A stretch of 64,000 nucleotides of DNA from Methanobacteriota archaeon (GCA_963787255.1 CAWBCJ010000018.1:96001-160000), one strand, 5' to 3'. Numbered from the stretch's first letter, positions 23,326 to 35,317 are shown. The notes: a model not told the origin generated them from the letters alone. Translations and numbers: made by a program.

Positions 23326-23602
23326 ATTTACCGAGCCCCTCCATTTATATTTTGAAATTTATTTGCATGTATATATATATGTTGTGATGCACTACACAAA
23401 GCACCGAAAAAAAAGAACAACGGTGGGCTTATTTAATTTACTTTCAAGTCTGTTTATTATTTTTTATTTTTATATAGGATATAGTTTTGGTTGATTAAAG
23501 CAATAATATATAACACTATTTATAATGATAGTTAATAATAGATATATTCATTTTTTTTCAGTAAATATTTAAATTCTATTCAACAATTAAGTTTGTGGTA
23601 CA

Positions 23603-24880
23603 ATGGAAATAGTGAAACTTGGAAGCAATGAGAGGAATAAACTCTTAGAACGCTCAAAAATCGATGATGAAGGTATAATAAACGTTGTAACTAATATAGT
23701 TAACAATATAAAACAAGATGGTGATACATCACTTAAAATTTATACCAAAAAATTCGACAATGTTAAAATTGAAAAATTTAAAGTCAGTCAAGAGGAAATA
23801 AAAAGAAGTTACAGTAATGCAGATAAAAAAGTGATCGATGCACTCAAAAAAGCAGCAAAAAACATTGAAAAGTTTCATAAAGCCCAAATTCCAGAAGAAT
23901 GGTTTAAAGAAATTGATAATGGAATTAATGCCGGTCAGATCATTCGCCCAATTGAAATAATAGGCTGTTACATACCGGGAGGACGTGCAGTTTATCCTTC
24001 CTCAGTTTTAATGACAATAATACCTGCAAAAATCGCAGGAGTAAGAAAAATTATCTGCTGTACACCGCCAATGCCAGACGGTAGCGTAAACAATATGGTG
24101 CTTGCAGCAGCAGATATTGCTGGAGCAGATGAAATATACAAAGTTGGAGGCGCTCAAGCAATCGCAGCAATGGCATTTGGAACTGAAAGCATCCCCAAAG
24201 TCGATAAAATCGTAGGGCCAGGAAATATATTTGTTACAACCGCCAAAAAGTTAGTTTATGGAGATGTAGATATAGATTTCCCTGCAGGACCATCAGAAGT
24301 ACTTATAATAGCAGATAGTACTGGTAATGCTGAGTACATTGCTTTTGATATGCTAGCACAAGCAGAGCACGATCCAGATGCAGCATCAGTACTTATTACC
24401 AATTCAAGTGACCTAGCTCACAAAGTAAATGAAATCATTTTAGGAAATATTAAATATATGCAAAGAAGTAAAATAATAGAAGAATCCCTTAAAAAATATG
24501 GTAAAATAATTATTACTGATTCTATTGATGATGCTGTGGAATTTGCAAATGATTACGCTCCAGAACACCTCATAATCATGACAGAACATCCTGAAAATGT
24601 TCTGGAAAACATCAATAATGCAGGTTCTATATTTTTAGGTGAATTAACACCTGTTGCTGCAGGAGACTACGGTTCAGGAACCAATCACGTCCTTCCAACT
24701 TCAAAAAATGCTCGAATGTACTCAGGACTTTCAACAGAGTCTTTTATAAAGAAACCAACAGTACAAAAGCTTTCTAAAGAAGGTATCCAAAATTTAAAGG
24801 ACATTGTAATAACTCTTGCAGAATATGAAGGGCTATACGCTCACGCAGAATCGTTTAAAAAGAGAATATCAAAAGATTAA
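23603..24880 (+). CDS. hisD: Histidinol dehydrogenase
   Basis: [42 protein letters not shown]. Confidence 0.96.
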   Translation: MEIVKLGSNERNKLLERSKIDDEGIINVVTNIVNNIKQDGDTSLKIYTKKFDNVKIEKFKVSQEEIKRSYSNADKKVIDALKKAAKNIEKFHKAQIPEEWFKEIDNGINAGQIIRPIEIIGCYIPGGRAVYPSSVLMTIIPAKIAGVRKIICCTPPMPDGSVNNMVLAAADIAGADEIYKVGGAQAIAAMAFGTESIPKVDKIVGPGNIFVTTAKKLVYGDVDIDFPAGPSEVLIIADSTGNAEYIAFDMLAQAEHDPDAASVLITNSSDLAHKVNEIILGNIKYMQRSKIIEESLKKYGKIIITDSIDDAVEFANDYAPEHLIIMTEHPENVLENINNAGSIFLGELTPVAAGDYGSGTNHVLPTSKNARMYSGLSTESFIKKPTVQKLSKEGIQNLKDIVITLAEYEGLYAHAESFKKRISKD

Positions 24881-24912
24881 TGTTTAAAATTTATATTTTA
24901 GAGGTGAATTAA

Positions 24913-26232
24913 TTGACAGATTCATTAGGAAATTGGAGAAGAACTCATTACTCAAAGAGAATAGATCCGGAATTAAGTGGAGAAGAAATTACAGTTATGG
25001 GTTGGATTCATGAATTAAGAGATCTTGGAGGAATTATATTTGTCCTTTTAAGAGACAGAGATGGAACAATCCAGGTTACAGCCCCAAGCAAGAAAATATC
25101 AAAGGAATTACTTGAACAAATAAGAAAATTAAGGAAAGAATCAGTAATTGCAGTTAAAGGAATAGTACAGGAGTCACCAAAAGCTCCCGGCGGATACGAA
25201 ATTATCCCAAACGAACTAAAATTACTTAATGAATCTAAATTACCACTTCCACTGGACACAACAGAAAAAGTAAGGGCAGAAATCGATACACGTTTAGATG
25301 CTAGATATTTAGACCTAAGAAAACCCTCAATAAATGCTATATTCAAAATAAGAAGCAGAATGCTCCATTCTGTAAGATTATTCCTTGAAGAAGGGGAATT
25401 TATTGAGATAAACACCCCAAAACTTGTTGGATCAGCTACTGAAGGTGGAACCGAACTTTTCCCTATTACATACTTTGAAAGAGAAGCTTTCCTTGGACAA
25501 AGTCCTCAACTGTACAAACAGATGATGATGGCCACAGGATTTGACAAAGTTTACGAAATAGCCCCAATATTTAGGGCAGAGGAACACGATACACTCAGAC
25601 ACTTAAATGAAGTTATTTCCATCGATATGGAAGCATCATTCTGTGACCAGGAAGATGTAATGAAAATACTCGAAGGAATGGTACATACTGTTCTTGGAGA
25701 CGTTGCTAAACAATGTGAAGACGAATTAAATCTTTTAGGAATTGATTTAGAAATTCCGGATATTCCTTTTGATCGGATAGACTATGACGACGTTGTTGAC
25801 ATAGTAAATTCTAAAGGAGTGAATATGAGGCACGGTGAAGACCTATCCAGAGCTGCTGAAAAAGCAATCGGCAAACACATGGATAATTATTATTTCATAA
25901 CAGGCTGGCCTACTGATATTAAGCCTTTTTACGTAATGCCTAGCGAAGAAGACCCTGCAAAGAGCTGTGCTTTTGATTTGATGTATAAAGACCTTGAAAT
26001 ATCTTCAGGAGCTCAAAGGTTACATAAACACGATCTTCTTGTTGAAAGAATCAAAAAACAAGGCCTAAATCCTAATTCATTTGAAAAATATCTTGCAGCA
26101 TTTGAATATGGTATGCCTCCACATGCAGGTTGGGGATTAGGTGCTGATAGGTTTAACATGTGTATTACAGGTCTTAAAAATATTAGAGAAACTGTGTTAT
26201 TCCCAAGAGATAGAAGAAGGGTCACCCCATAA
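24913..26232 (+). CDS. aspS: Aspartyl-tRNA synthetase, probably non-discriminating
   Basis: [30 protein letters not shown]; GWIHE and KAP residues match the ND-AspRS pattern. Confidence 0.95.
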   Translation: MTDSLGNWRRTHYSKRIDPELSGEEITVMGWIHELRDLGGIIFVLLRDRDGTIQVTAPSKKISKELLEQIRKLRKESVIAVKGIVQESPKAPGGYEIIPNELKLLNESKLPLPLDTTEKVRAEIDTRLDARYLDLRKPSINAIFKIRSRMLHSVRLFLEEGEFIEINTPKLVGSATEGGTELFPITYFEREAFLGQSPQLYKQMMMATGFDKVYEIAPIFRAEEHDTLRHLNEVISIDMEASFCDQEDVMKILEGMVHTVLGDVAKQCEDELNLLGIDLEIPDIPFDRIDYDDVVDIVNSKGVNMRHGEDLSRAAEKAIGKHMDNYYFITGWPTDIKPFYVMPSEEDPAKSCAFDLMYKDLEISSGAQRLHKHDLLVERIKKQGLNPNSFEKYLAAFEYGMPPHAGWGLGADRFNMCITGLKNIRETVLFPRDRRRVTP

Positions 26233-26293
26233 TCAAACCACTTAATAAAAGGTCTGATCCAAATTCTTTTTTTTATTAAATCCCTTTTTCTAT

Positions 26294-26671
26294 TCATTTA
26301 TTAATTTTATTAGAAATATAGCCGCCAATAGCTCCTAAAATAAATCCACCACCGCTAATAGAAATAGCTACGGCTATAAACCCAAAAATTGTTAAATTTT
26401 TAAAACCAATAGGAGTATCTGACAATAAAAAAGCAAAAATTAACATTATAAAGCTTGAAATTATTCCACTTACTCCACCAATTAAAATAAATTCTTCTTT
26501 AACCTCAGAAACATATATTGCAATAAATCCGGCTATAATATTAGATAAAAGAATTCCAAAACCTGAAAGGTTTAAAAAAGAAGCAAAAATGGAGAAAAAT
26601 CCTCCTGCAATACTCCCTATTAAAATAGAAGGAAAATCAAACTTAGTCATGGATATACTTATTAGTGACAA
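26294..26671 (-). CDS. Small membrane protein (DUF5518-like)
   Basis: About four Gly-rich hydrophobic helices ending LGAIGGYI. Confidence 0.6.
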   Translation of the reverse strand: MSLISISMTKFDFPSILIGSIAGGFFSIFASFLNLSGFGILLSNIIAGFIAIYVSEVKEEFILIGGVSGIISSFIMLIFAFLLSDTPIGFKNLTIFGFIAVAISISGGGFILGAIGGYISNKINK

Positions 26672-26763
26672 TAAATAAATTTTTGACTTAAGTATAAATT
26701 AATTGAGCTTAATTTTTTTAAATATATTAATAAAAGATATTTTTAACGGATTCGGAAGATTTT

Positions 26764-28014
26764 ATGAGACTTTATGACATAGTAGTAGTTGGTGCAGGAC
26801 CGGCAGGAATGATAGCTGCAATTAGAGCAGGGCAGCTTGGAAAAGACGTTATTTTAATAGAAAGAAACGAGACACTAGGCAAAAAACTTAAAATTACCGG
26901 CAGTAGCAGGTGCAATATCACTAACACTGCTCCTTTAGACTTATTCGTGGAAAAATTTGGCGAAAAAGGCGCTTTTTTAAGATCAGCATTTACTAAATTT
27001 TCAAATAGGCGATTGATGTCGTTTTTTAACTCTAAAGGATTAAAATTCAATATAGAAGAAAATGGCAGGGTTTTCCCAATTTCAAACAAATCTACATCTA
27101 TTATAAAAGTTTTAAAAGAGTATCTATCTGAAAATAAGGTGAAAAAGAATTACAATACTCGATTAATGAAAATTAAAATTAAAAAAGATTATTTTACACT
27201 GGATTTGGGAAATGATAATCATATGGCTGCAAAAAAGGTTATATTAGCTACAGGGGGCGTATCATATCCACCTACAGGTTCTACTGGCGATGGACTGGAC
27301 ATAGCTGAAAAATTAGGCCATAAAATTACTCCATTAAAGCCCGGACTGGTACCTTTAAAAACTGATGAAGAATGGGTAAAGGAACTGCAAGGAATAAGCC
27401 TTGAAAATGTAATTCTTACCTTCAAATATGGAAAAAGAAAGATAGTTTCAGATACGGGGAATATAATTTTTACTCACTTTGGGATTTCAGGCCCTCTAAT
27501 ACTTGATTTAAGCAGTAAAATAGTTCCACTTTTTGAAAAAAATGAGAAAATTGATCTTTTTATAGATTTAAAACCAGAATTAATAGCTTCAGAGCTTGAA
27601 GAGATGCTAATTAAAGAATTTGAGGCAAGGAGTAAAACTGAATTTAAAAATTTCATGAAACTTTTAATTCCCAATCGAATGATTCCTGTCTTTATCGAAC
27701 TTTTAGAAATTAATCCCAAGAAAAAGGTTAATCAGGTAAACCGTAAAGAAAGAATATCAATTGCAAATCTTCTGAAAGCTTTTCCATTAACATTAACAGG
27801 CTTTCAATCCATTGATAAAGCAATGATTACGTGTGGAGGTATTTCAAAAAAGGATATTAATCCAGAGACAATGGAATCAAAAATAGTAGCTGGAATTTAT
27901 TTTGCAGGGGAAATTATAGACTTATGCGCACCAAGTGGAGGCTATAATTTACAAGAGGCATTTTCAACGGGTTATCTTGCAGGGGAATCTGCTGCAGAAA
28001 GTATAGTCAATTAA
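26764..28014 (+). CDS. HI0933/YhiN-family flavoprotein (NAD(P)/FAD oxidoreductase)
   Basis: GAGPAG, GKKLKITGSSRCNITN, ATGG..YP..GSTGDG, FTHFGISGP, GGYNLQ. Confidence 0.9.
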   Translation: MRLYDIVVVGAGPAGMIAAIRAGQLGKDVILIERNETLGKKLKITGSSRCNITNTAPLDLFVEKFGEKGAFLRSAFTKFSNRRLMSFFNSKGLKFNIEENGRVFPISNKSTSIIKVLKEYLSENKVKKNYNTRLMKIKIKKDYFTLDLGNDNHMAAKKVILATGGVSYPPTGSTGDGLDIAEKLGHKITPLKPGLVPLKTDEEWVKELQGISLENVILTFKYGKRKIVSDTGNIIFTHFGISGPLILDLSSKIVPLFEKNEKIDLFIDLKPELIASELEEMLIKEFEARSKTEFKNFMKLLIPNRMIPVFIELLEINPKKKVNQVNRKERISIANLLKAFPLTLTGFQSIDKAMITCGGISKKDINPETMESKIVAGIYFAGEIIDLCAPSGGYNLQEAFSTGYLAGESAAESIVN

Positions 28015-28032
28015 AAAGAATAAAAAAGTTGT

Positions 28033-28246
28033 TTATTTTCTCTTTTCAATTTTTAAAACAACAACATCACCTAGTTTATCAACTTCATCAATTGAAACTC
28101 TAAAATTAGAGCCTAAAATTCCGGATGAAATATAAATTCCATCAATATTCCATTATTCGAGGTCTAATTCAAAATCATGGACTTTTCCTATTTCAAATGC
28201 ATTTTTATCAATTACTTTTTTTCCTAAAAATCTCTGATGCTTTCAT
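28033..28246 (-). pseudogene. PRC-barrel domain protein pseudogene
   Basis: Reconstructed MKASE/FLGKKVIDKNAFEIGKVHDFELDLE*WNIDGIYISSGILGSNFRVSIDEVDKLGDVVVLKIEKRK; frameshift near 28230 and in-frame TAA at 28153-28155. Confidence 0.75.
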
Positions 28247-28434
28247 AAAAACTTATCTTCCTCTACTATCTAATAATATTTTGAAGTAGCTATTTTCTGG
28301 TTAATTATGGATGATTAATACCATTTTAACATTTGAATTTCAAAAAGAAATAATTTATCAAAATAATAATCAAAAATTTTTTAATTAAGTAGGATAAATT
28401 CATATTAGTTTAAAAAAAATGCTAGAAGGATTTT

Positions 28435-29556
28435 ATGCTATGCCTGGGTAAAAGAATTTTAATTGTTGAAGACGAAGCAATTACTGCAATGGATTTAAAA
28501 AATACTTTGGAAATGCTTGATTTTAAAGTGGTTTCAACAGCATCTAGAGGAAATGAAGCTATTCGAAAAACAGATGAAACTAATCCCGATTTAATTTTAA
28601 TGGATATTGTACTTAAAGGGGAAATCGACGGTATAACAACCGCCGAAATAATTAAGGAACAATTTAACATTCCTGTAATCTATTTAACGGCCCATTCTGA
28701 TGAAAAGACTTTTCAAAGGGCTAAATTAACAGAACCATATGGATTTATTATTAAACCAATTAGTCATGATGGATTAAAAAGTACAATAGAAACGGCGCTT
28801 TATAAGCACGCACTTGATAAAAAATTAAAAGAAAGGGAAAAAAAGTTTCAATTACTTTACCAGGATGCACCATTACCTTATCAATCTTTAAATGAATCTG
28901 GGCACATTATTGAAGTTAATCAAGCATGGCTTGATTCTCTTGGCTATTCTCATGAAGAAGTTATTGGAAAATGCTTTGGTGACTTTTTAAAAACTCCAAT
29001 GAATAAATTCATGGAAAATTTTACCAAATTTAAAGCTGAAGGAGAAATATCCAATATAGAATTTCAAATGAAACGCAAAGATGGATCTTTTATTACTGCA
29101 GAAGTTAATGGTAGAATAAGTTATGATGAAAATGGAAATTTCCAGAGAACCCATTGCATATTTCAAGATATTTCAAGACGTAAAAAAATGGCAGATATGC
29201 TACAATTTCAGGCAGACATTTTAAAGAACATTAAAGATTGTATTATAGTATATGATCTTCAAGGAAAAGTCATTTATTGGAATGATGGGGCTGAATCTGT
29301 CTATGGATATTCTAAAGAAGAAATAATGGGTCAAATTATTGAAATACTTTATCCAATTAAGAACAAAGATAAATTAAAGCGTGATATTAATTTAACCATG
29401 GAATTGGGAGAATACATTGGTGAATGGGAAGGAAAAAGAAAAGATGGCTCTAAAATAGCAGTAAATATTAGAGAAGCGTTAATGCACGATGCAAATGGAG
29501 AAATTATTGGAATTATAGGAATATCTCCTCGTATTGTGGATAATGAAAGAATATAA
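28435..29556 (+). CDS. Response regulator receiver + two PAS domains, no output domain
   Basis: ILIVEDE, DLILMDI, YLTAHSD, IIKP, then two PAS/PAC repeats (KRKDGS). Confidence 0.85.
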   Translation: MLCLGKRILIVEDEAITAMDLKNTLEMLDFKVVSTASRGNEAIRKTDETNPDLILMDIVLKGEIDGITTAEIIKEQFNIPVIYLTAHSDEKTFQRAKLTEPYGFIIKPISHDGLKSTIETALYKHALDKKLKEREKKFQLLYQDAPLPYQSLNESGHIIEVNQAWLDSLGYSHEEVIGKCFGDFLKTPMNKFMENFTKFKAEGEISNIEFQMKRKDGSFITAEVNGRISYDENGNFQRTHCIFQDISRRKKMADMLQFQADILKNIKDCIIVYDLQGKVIYWNDGAESVYGYSKEEIMGQIIEILYPIKNKDKLKRDINLTMELGEYIGEWEGKRKDGSKIAVNIREALMHDANGEIIGIIGISPRIVDNERI

Positions 29557-29782
29557 CTGATTAAATATGCTCCTAATTAGCAAAATATATTTAACGAATA
29601 TAAATTTAATTTATGTGAATTATTACATTTTCACCATTTTTTTTAAGCAGATTTTTATAATATAGTAGTTTTTAATCATTATTTTTGCAAGTAAAATGAG
29701 AAACTCCAAATATTAGTTAAATTAAAAATTGTAATGATGATAAGAAGATATTGATAAAATAGATAAAAAATAAGGGAATTTT

Positions 29783-30313
<531 letters not shown>

Positions 30314-30324
30314 GAGGGTATCCA

Positions 30325-31119
30325 ATGATTGGTAAAAAGATTAGAATTGAAAGAATAATAAACAGAAAGACAGGAAGAGCCGTAATTGTTCCTGTAGATC
30401 ACGGCATTTCAATTGGACCAGTTGCAGGAATAACCAATATGTGTGAAACAATAGATGAAGTCGCAAGCGGTGGAGCAAATGCAGTTATAATGCATAAAGG
30501 AATGGTAGATAACGGTCACAGAGGTTATGGGACGGATATTGGGCTTATTATTCATTTATCCGCAAGTACATCTTTAGGACCTGACCCTGACCATAAAGTA
30601 CTGGTTACATCAGTAGAAAAAGCAGTAAAAATTGGTGCTGATGCTGTATCTGTCCATGTAAATGTAGGTTCTGATATGGAGCCAAAAATGCTGGAAACAC
30701 TGGGAATAACCTCAGAATTATGCGACGAATGGGGAATGCCACTAATTGCTATGATGTATCCAAGAGGCGAGAGAATTCAAGATGAACACGACGTGGATGT
30801 TGTAAAACTTGCTGCAAGAGCAGGAGCAGAACTTGGAGCAGATATTATAAAAACAAACTACACCGGAGACCCCGAAACCTTTGGAGAAGTTGTAAACGGC
30901 TGTCCTGTACCTGTAGTTATTGCAGGAGGTCCTAAAGTGGAAACCAACGAAGAATTACTTCAAATGGTTAAAAATGCAGTAAATGTAGGTGGAGCGGGCG
31001 TTGCAATTGGAAGAAATGTTTTCCAGGCCGAATCACCAAGAAAAACTACACGTGCAATTGCAGAAATTGTACACAACAATATGGACGTTAAAGAAGCCCT
31101 TAAAATAATAGAAGACTAA
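30325..31119 (+). CDS. aroA': 2-amino-3,7-dideoxy-D-threo-hept-6-ulosonate synthase (archaeal class I aldolase, AroA')
   Basis: [30 protein letters not shown]; adjacent to DHQ synthase II. Confidence 0.88.
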   Translation: MIGKKIRIERIINRKTGRAVIVPVDHGISIGPVAGITNMCETIDEVASGGANAVIMHKGMVDNGHRGYGTDIGLIIHLSASTSLGPDPDHKVLVTSVEKAVKIGADAVSVHVNVGSDMEPKMLETLGITSELCDEWGMPLIAMMYPRGERIQDEHDVDVVKLAARAGAELGADIIKTNYTGDPETFGEVVNGCPVPVVIAGGPKVETNEELLQMVKNAVNVGGAGVAIGRNVFQAESPRKTTRAIAEIVHNNMDVKEALKIIED

Positions 31120-31179
31120 AAAATAGCTTAAATAATTTACATTAAACAAATTTTTGCAAAGAATTAGAAGGTTTTACAC

Positions 31180-32304
31180 ATGAAATTTGCATGGATCATG
31201 GCAGAAGGCACATCTTGGGATGAAAAAAAGGGTATCATCACTACAGCACTTGAATCAGGGATTGACACCGTAGTAGATTTTAAAAACGTTCCTGAAATAA
31301 AAAAACTGGGTAACATTAGGATAATTTCCGATAGCGATGATGCAGATATTGTACTGGTAGGCAAAAACGGTGAAGGCGATGGAACACTGAAAATTCCCGA
31401 TGATTTATCCGAATCAAAAGATTTAGCAGCTGTAAACGGATTTAAAAGGAAAGGGAAAACAGTAGCATCCTACATTGAAATAAAAAGCAAGAAACACGAA
31501 GAACTGGCTACTGAAATCGGTAGAATTGCAGATTATGTGATCCTAGTTGGAAGTGACTGGAAGATCATTCCATTAGAAAATATCATAGCAGACCTTCAAA
31601 AGGAAGATGTTAAATTAGTAGCAGCTGTGCCAGATTACGAAGAAGCAAAACTTGCACTTGAAACATTGGAGCATGGTACAGATGGTATACTACTGTATAC
31701 TTCAGATATTAATCAAATTAAAAAAGTTTCTGCCTTAATGGAGAAAATAGAGTCCGAAAGCTATGATCTTAAACCTGCAATAGTGACTAATATCAAGCCT
31801 GTTGGATCTGGAGATCGAGTCTGCATAGACACTTGTTCAATGATGAAAGTAGGTGAAGGAATGCTCATAGGATCTTACTCTAAAGGGTTGTTCCTTGTAC
31901 ACAGCGAATCCCTAGAAAGTGAATATGTAGCTTCAAGACCGTTCAGGGTTAATGCTGGACCTGTCCATGCATATGTAATGACTCCAAATAATAAAACTAA
32001 GTATCTCTCTGAAATTGAAACAGGCGACGAGCTCTTAACCGTAGATGAAGAAGGAAATACTAAAACAACCGTTGTTGGACGCGTTAAAATTGAAAAACGA
32101 CCATTAATGCTTATTGAAGCTGAATATGACGGAGTTAAACTAAAAACACTTTTACAAAACGCCGAAACCATTAGGCTTGTTGGAGAGCAGGGTAATCCTA
32201 TATCTGTTGCTGACCTTAAAATCGGTGATAAAGTAATGGTTTACCTTGATAAAGCTGCAAGACATTTTGGAATGTCAATTGAAGAAAGTATAATTGAAAA
32301 ATAG
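31180..32304 (+). CDS. aroB': 3-dehydroquinate synthase II (AroB')
   Basis: WKIIPLEN, GDRVCIDTCS, RPFRVNAG, LQNAET, RHFG. Confidence 0.92.
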   Translation: MKFAWIMAEGTSWDEKKGIITTALESGIDTVVDFKNVPEIKKLGNIRIISDSDDADIVLVGKNGEGDGTLKIPDDLSESKDLAAVNGFKRKGKTVASYIEIKSKKHEELATEIGRIADYVILVGSDWKIIPLENIIADLQKEDVKLVAAVPDYEEAKLALETLEHGTDGILLYTSDINQIKKVSALMEKIESESYDLKPAIVTNIKPVGSGDRVCIDTCSMMKVGEGMLIGSYSKGLFLVHSESLESEYVASRPFRVNAGPVHAYVMTPNNKTKYLSEIETGDELLTVDEEGNTKTTVVGRVKIEKRPLMLIEAEYDGVKLKTLLQNAETIRLVGEQGNPISVADLKIGDKVMVYLDKAARHFGMSIEESIIEK

Positions 32305-32364
32305 AAATTTTATTACTTGAGTTTCCTTATTAAAGTTTAAAAAAAGAAATAAGGAGATAATAAA

Positions 32365-33306
32365 ATGTCAGAATATGAAGTTGAGATAATAAAACCAGAA
32401 TTAGGACAAGCATTATCTGACGAACTGGCAAAAAAAGTGAGATACGAATTAAAAGCAAACATCCACGGAGCATGCGTAAAACTTCTAACCGATAATAAAG
32501 ACTTTAAAAATGAATGGGAAGATAATTTCAAATTCATGAATGAAGATGTAAGGCCTCATTCAAAGATATTTTCCATAGAGGAGGGAGGAGATCTACAGGT
32601 AATGTATGATCCAATAGGAAAAGTATCTATACTAAAAAATCTGGATTATTACGGCTGGGTTAAAAGCATAGCACTGGCTACTATCTCTGACTTTTTTGAG
32701 GATTACCATTCAATACATAGAAGATATTCTGTTCATGGATCTGCAGTTGACTACATGGGGCATGCAATTGCAATGATTGGACCTCCAGGGAAAGGAAAAT
32801 CCACTTTAACATACGGATTACTCCAAAACGAGAATTTTAATTATATATCCGACGACTGGTTTTTTGTGAGACTATTTAATAATGCAGCGGTCTTATATTC
32901 TTCAGAAAAAAATTCATATATCCGAGATGATATAGCCGTAGTCTGGAAAGTTTTTGCTCCAGAAATAGAAAGAGTAAAATTGGACAAAAAAGGAAGAGGA
33001 ATTGCCGATGTGAATACATTATTTAATGGGCGCATCAGAGAAAGTTCAACACTTAAAACTGTGGTTCTTTTAGAGCGGAACAAAAAAAATCCTCCTTTTA
33101 GAAAACTTAGTCCTGATGAGGCATTAGAATACATGCTAGAAAACGACTTTTGCAACCCTCATCAATTGATAAGAGATGAACGGAAATTTAAGCTTAGAAC
33201 CGAATTTTTTAGAGAATTATTCTCCAAACAAGATGTTTATCTTTTAAATACAATTGAAACTCCCGAAGAAAGCCTTGATAGACTTAAAAACATTGCAATG
33301 GTGTGA
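32365..33306 (+). CDS. HprK-related P-loop kinase/ATPase of unknown function
   Basis: VHGSAV, GPPGKGKST (Walker A) and ISDD match the HPr kinase/PEPCK-like catalytic signature. Confidence 0.7.
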   Translation: MSEYEVEIIKPELGQALSDELAKKVRYELKANIHGACVKLLTDNKDFKNEWEDNFKFMNEDVRPHSKIFSIEEGGDLQVMYDPIGKVSILKNLDYYGWVKSIALATISDFFEDYHSIHRRYSVHGSAVDYMGHAIAMIGPPGKGKSTLTYGLLQNENFNYISDDWFFVRLFNNAAVLYSSEKNSYIRDDIAVVWKVFAPEIERVKLDKKGRGIADVNTLFNGRIRESSTLKTVVLLERNKKNPPFRKLSPDEALEYMLENDFCNPHQLIRDERKFKLRTEFFRELFSKQDVYLLNTIETPEESLDRLKNIAMV

Positions 33307-33860
33307 TGATGAGAGTATTTTTAGCAATAGAAATAGATGAAAAACTTCTTGATAAGATATCAGACGTCCAAAAGCAGTTCATGGAGTGCGAAGCACCTGT
33401 AAAATATGTTGAAACCGAAAATCTTCACTGCACACTTAAATTTTTCGGCGAAATTAACGATAATAAACTAAATGACATCGTAGAAGCCATAGATAATAAA
33501 ATAAAGAATCATGAACCATTTAAAGTAAACATTAAAAAATCAGGTGTATTTCCAAATGAAAGATACATTAAAGTGCTTTGGCTTGGAATGGAAGACGTAG
33601 AACCATTTTCAAACCTTCAAAAGGATTTAGATGAAGATTTTGTAAAAATGGGCTTTAAAAAAGAGAAAAGCTACGTTCCACATCTAACATTAGGCCGCGT
33701 TAAGGGAGCTAAAAACAAAGCAGCTCTTTTATCAAAGTTAAAAGACCTTGAAGACGTTGAAATTGGAGAAATGGACATAAAAAAAATTGTGCTTAAAAAA
33801 AGCGAATTATCACCTCAAGGACCGATTTATACTACAATAAAAGAATTTGATTTAAAATAA
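33306..33860 (+). CDS. thpR: RNA 2',3'-cyclic phosphodiesterase (2H phosphoesterase)
   Basis: RVFLAI, HCTLKF and PHLTLGR (two HxT motifs), GPIY. Confidence 0.92.
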   Translation: MMRVFLAIEIDEKLLDKISDVQKQFMECEAPVKYVETENLHCTLKFFGEINDNKLNDIVEAIDNKIKNHEPFKVNIKKSGVFPNERYIKVLWLGMEDVEPFSNLQKDLDEDFVKMGFKKEKSYVPHLTLGRVKGAKNKAALLSKLKDLEDVEIGEMDIKKIVLKKSELSPQGPIYTTIKEFDLK

Positions 33861-33917
33861 AATTTATACAAACACACACTATGCTTTTAAAGCAGAGTAA
33901 TTAACAGGTGAACTATT

Positions 33918-35303
33918 TTGGTAAATATTGAGTTAGATGATGTGCTAGAGAACATTAGGCCTAAAAAAGAAGAAATTGAAAGAGTAAAGTCACTATCATC
34001 TAAATTAATCCAGATCATAAATGATTTTACAGCTAAAAAGGGTATAAATGCAGAAGCAGTTCTAGTTGGTTCGGTTGCCAAGGGCACATGGCTTTCTGGT
34101 AAAGCGGATATTGATATATTTATAAAATTTCCTCTGGATACATCAGAACATGATTTAAAGAAGTATGGGTTGAAATTAGGCCATAAATGCATTGAAATCA
34201 TGCAGGGAAAATCAGAATTACGTTACGCTTCTCACCCTTATGTTACAGGATTTATTGAAGGATACAAAATTGATTTTGTTCCATGCTACATCATTAAAAG
34301 CGCTGATGAGCTAAAATCAGCAGTAGATCGAACTATACTGCATACAGAATATGTCAAAAATAAGTTAAGTGAAGAACAAAAAGGTGAAGTTCTTTTACTT
34401 AAAAAATTCATGGAATCCATCCGAACCTACGGCGCAGAGTTTAAAGTTGGAGGATTTTCTGGATATCTCTGCGAGCTCCTGATTATTCATTACGGCTCAT
34501 TTATAGATGTTTTGGATGCTGCAAGCGAAAAATGGGGCCCTAAAATTGTTATAGACATTGAAAATTACGGGACAGAAGAACAATTTGAGGAGCCAATGGT
34601 GGCTATTGACCCTACAGACAAAAACAGGAATGTTTCAGCTGCTTTAACCCTTCAAAAAATATCTGAATTTATTACAGCTTCAAGAAACTTCTTAAATAAT
34701 CCCAAAGAAGATTATTTCTATGAAAAAGTCTTGAATGTGGATATAGATAAAATTAAAGATGAATTTAAGCGCAGGGAAACTAAAACAGTTTTGATAAGGT
34801 TTAAACCACCTTCTATCCCGGCTGACGCGCTATATCCTCAAATTAAGAAAACTGAAAATTCTCTAAGAGGAGTTTTAGAAAGGGAAGAATTCAGGGTTTT
34901 TAATACATCTTCATGGACAGATGAGAAAGAAAATGTAATAATATTAATTGAAATAGAGGTATGGAAACTTCCAAGTATAAAAAAGAATCTTGGCCCTTTT
35001 ATCTGGTCAAGCAATCATCAAGCGCGGTTTTTAGAGAAATATGGAAATAAATCTTATGTAGAAGGAGATAGATGGATTGCAGAAATTGAAAGGAAATATA
35101 AAGATGCTTTAATGTTTCTTGAAGACATTTTAGTTCAAAATAAAATCGGTGTTCTCCGTTTTGGAAAACATATAAAGAAAGAAATATTAAATGAGCATGA
35201 AATTGTAGATATTTTTGATTTTATGAAATCTGAAAAAATTAATGAAGATAGTGCCCTGTTTTTATGTGAATATTTGCATAAGAACATATATTTGAGCCGC
35301 TGA
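33918..35303 (+). CDS. cca: CCA-adding enzyme (archaeal class I)
   Basis: GSVAKGTWL..DIDIF, YASHPY, SAVDRT, GFSGYLCELL, DPTDKNRNV. Confidence 0.95.
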   Translation: MVNIELDDVLENIRPKKEEIERVKSLSSKLIQIINDFTAKKGINAEAVLVGSVAKGTWLSGKADIDIFIKFPLDTSEHDLKKYGLKLGHKCIEIMQGKSELRYASHPYVTGFIEGYKIDFVPCYIIKSADELKSAVDRTILHTEYVKNKLSEEQKGEVLLLKKFMESIRTYGAEFKVGGFSGYLCELLIIHYGSFIDVLDAASEKWGPKIVIDIENYGTEEQFEEPMVAIDPTDKNRNVSAALTLQKISEFITASRNFLNNPKEDYFYEKVLNVDIDKIKDEFKRRETKTVLIRFKPPSIPADALYPQIKKTENSLRGVLEREEFRVFNTSSWTDEKENVIILIEIEVWKLPSIKKNLGPFIWSSNHQARFLEKYGNKSYVEGDRWIAEIERKYKDALMFLEDILVQNKIGVLRFGKHIKKEILNEHEIVDIFDFMKSEKINEDSALFLCEYLHKNIYLSR

Positions 35304-35317
35304 GTTTTAAATGATCA

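Noticed and set aside
28153-28155. In-frame stop in the PRC-barrel gene as Sec/Pyl recoding
   Set aside because: The codon is TAA and the gene also carries a frameshift
33918-35303. Nucleotidyltransferase as a CBASS/cGAS-like enzyme
   Set aside because: Motifs and length match the archaeal class I CCA-adding enzyme; no effector genes nearby
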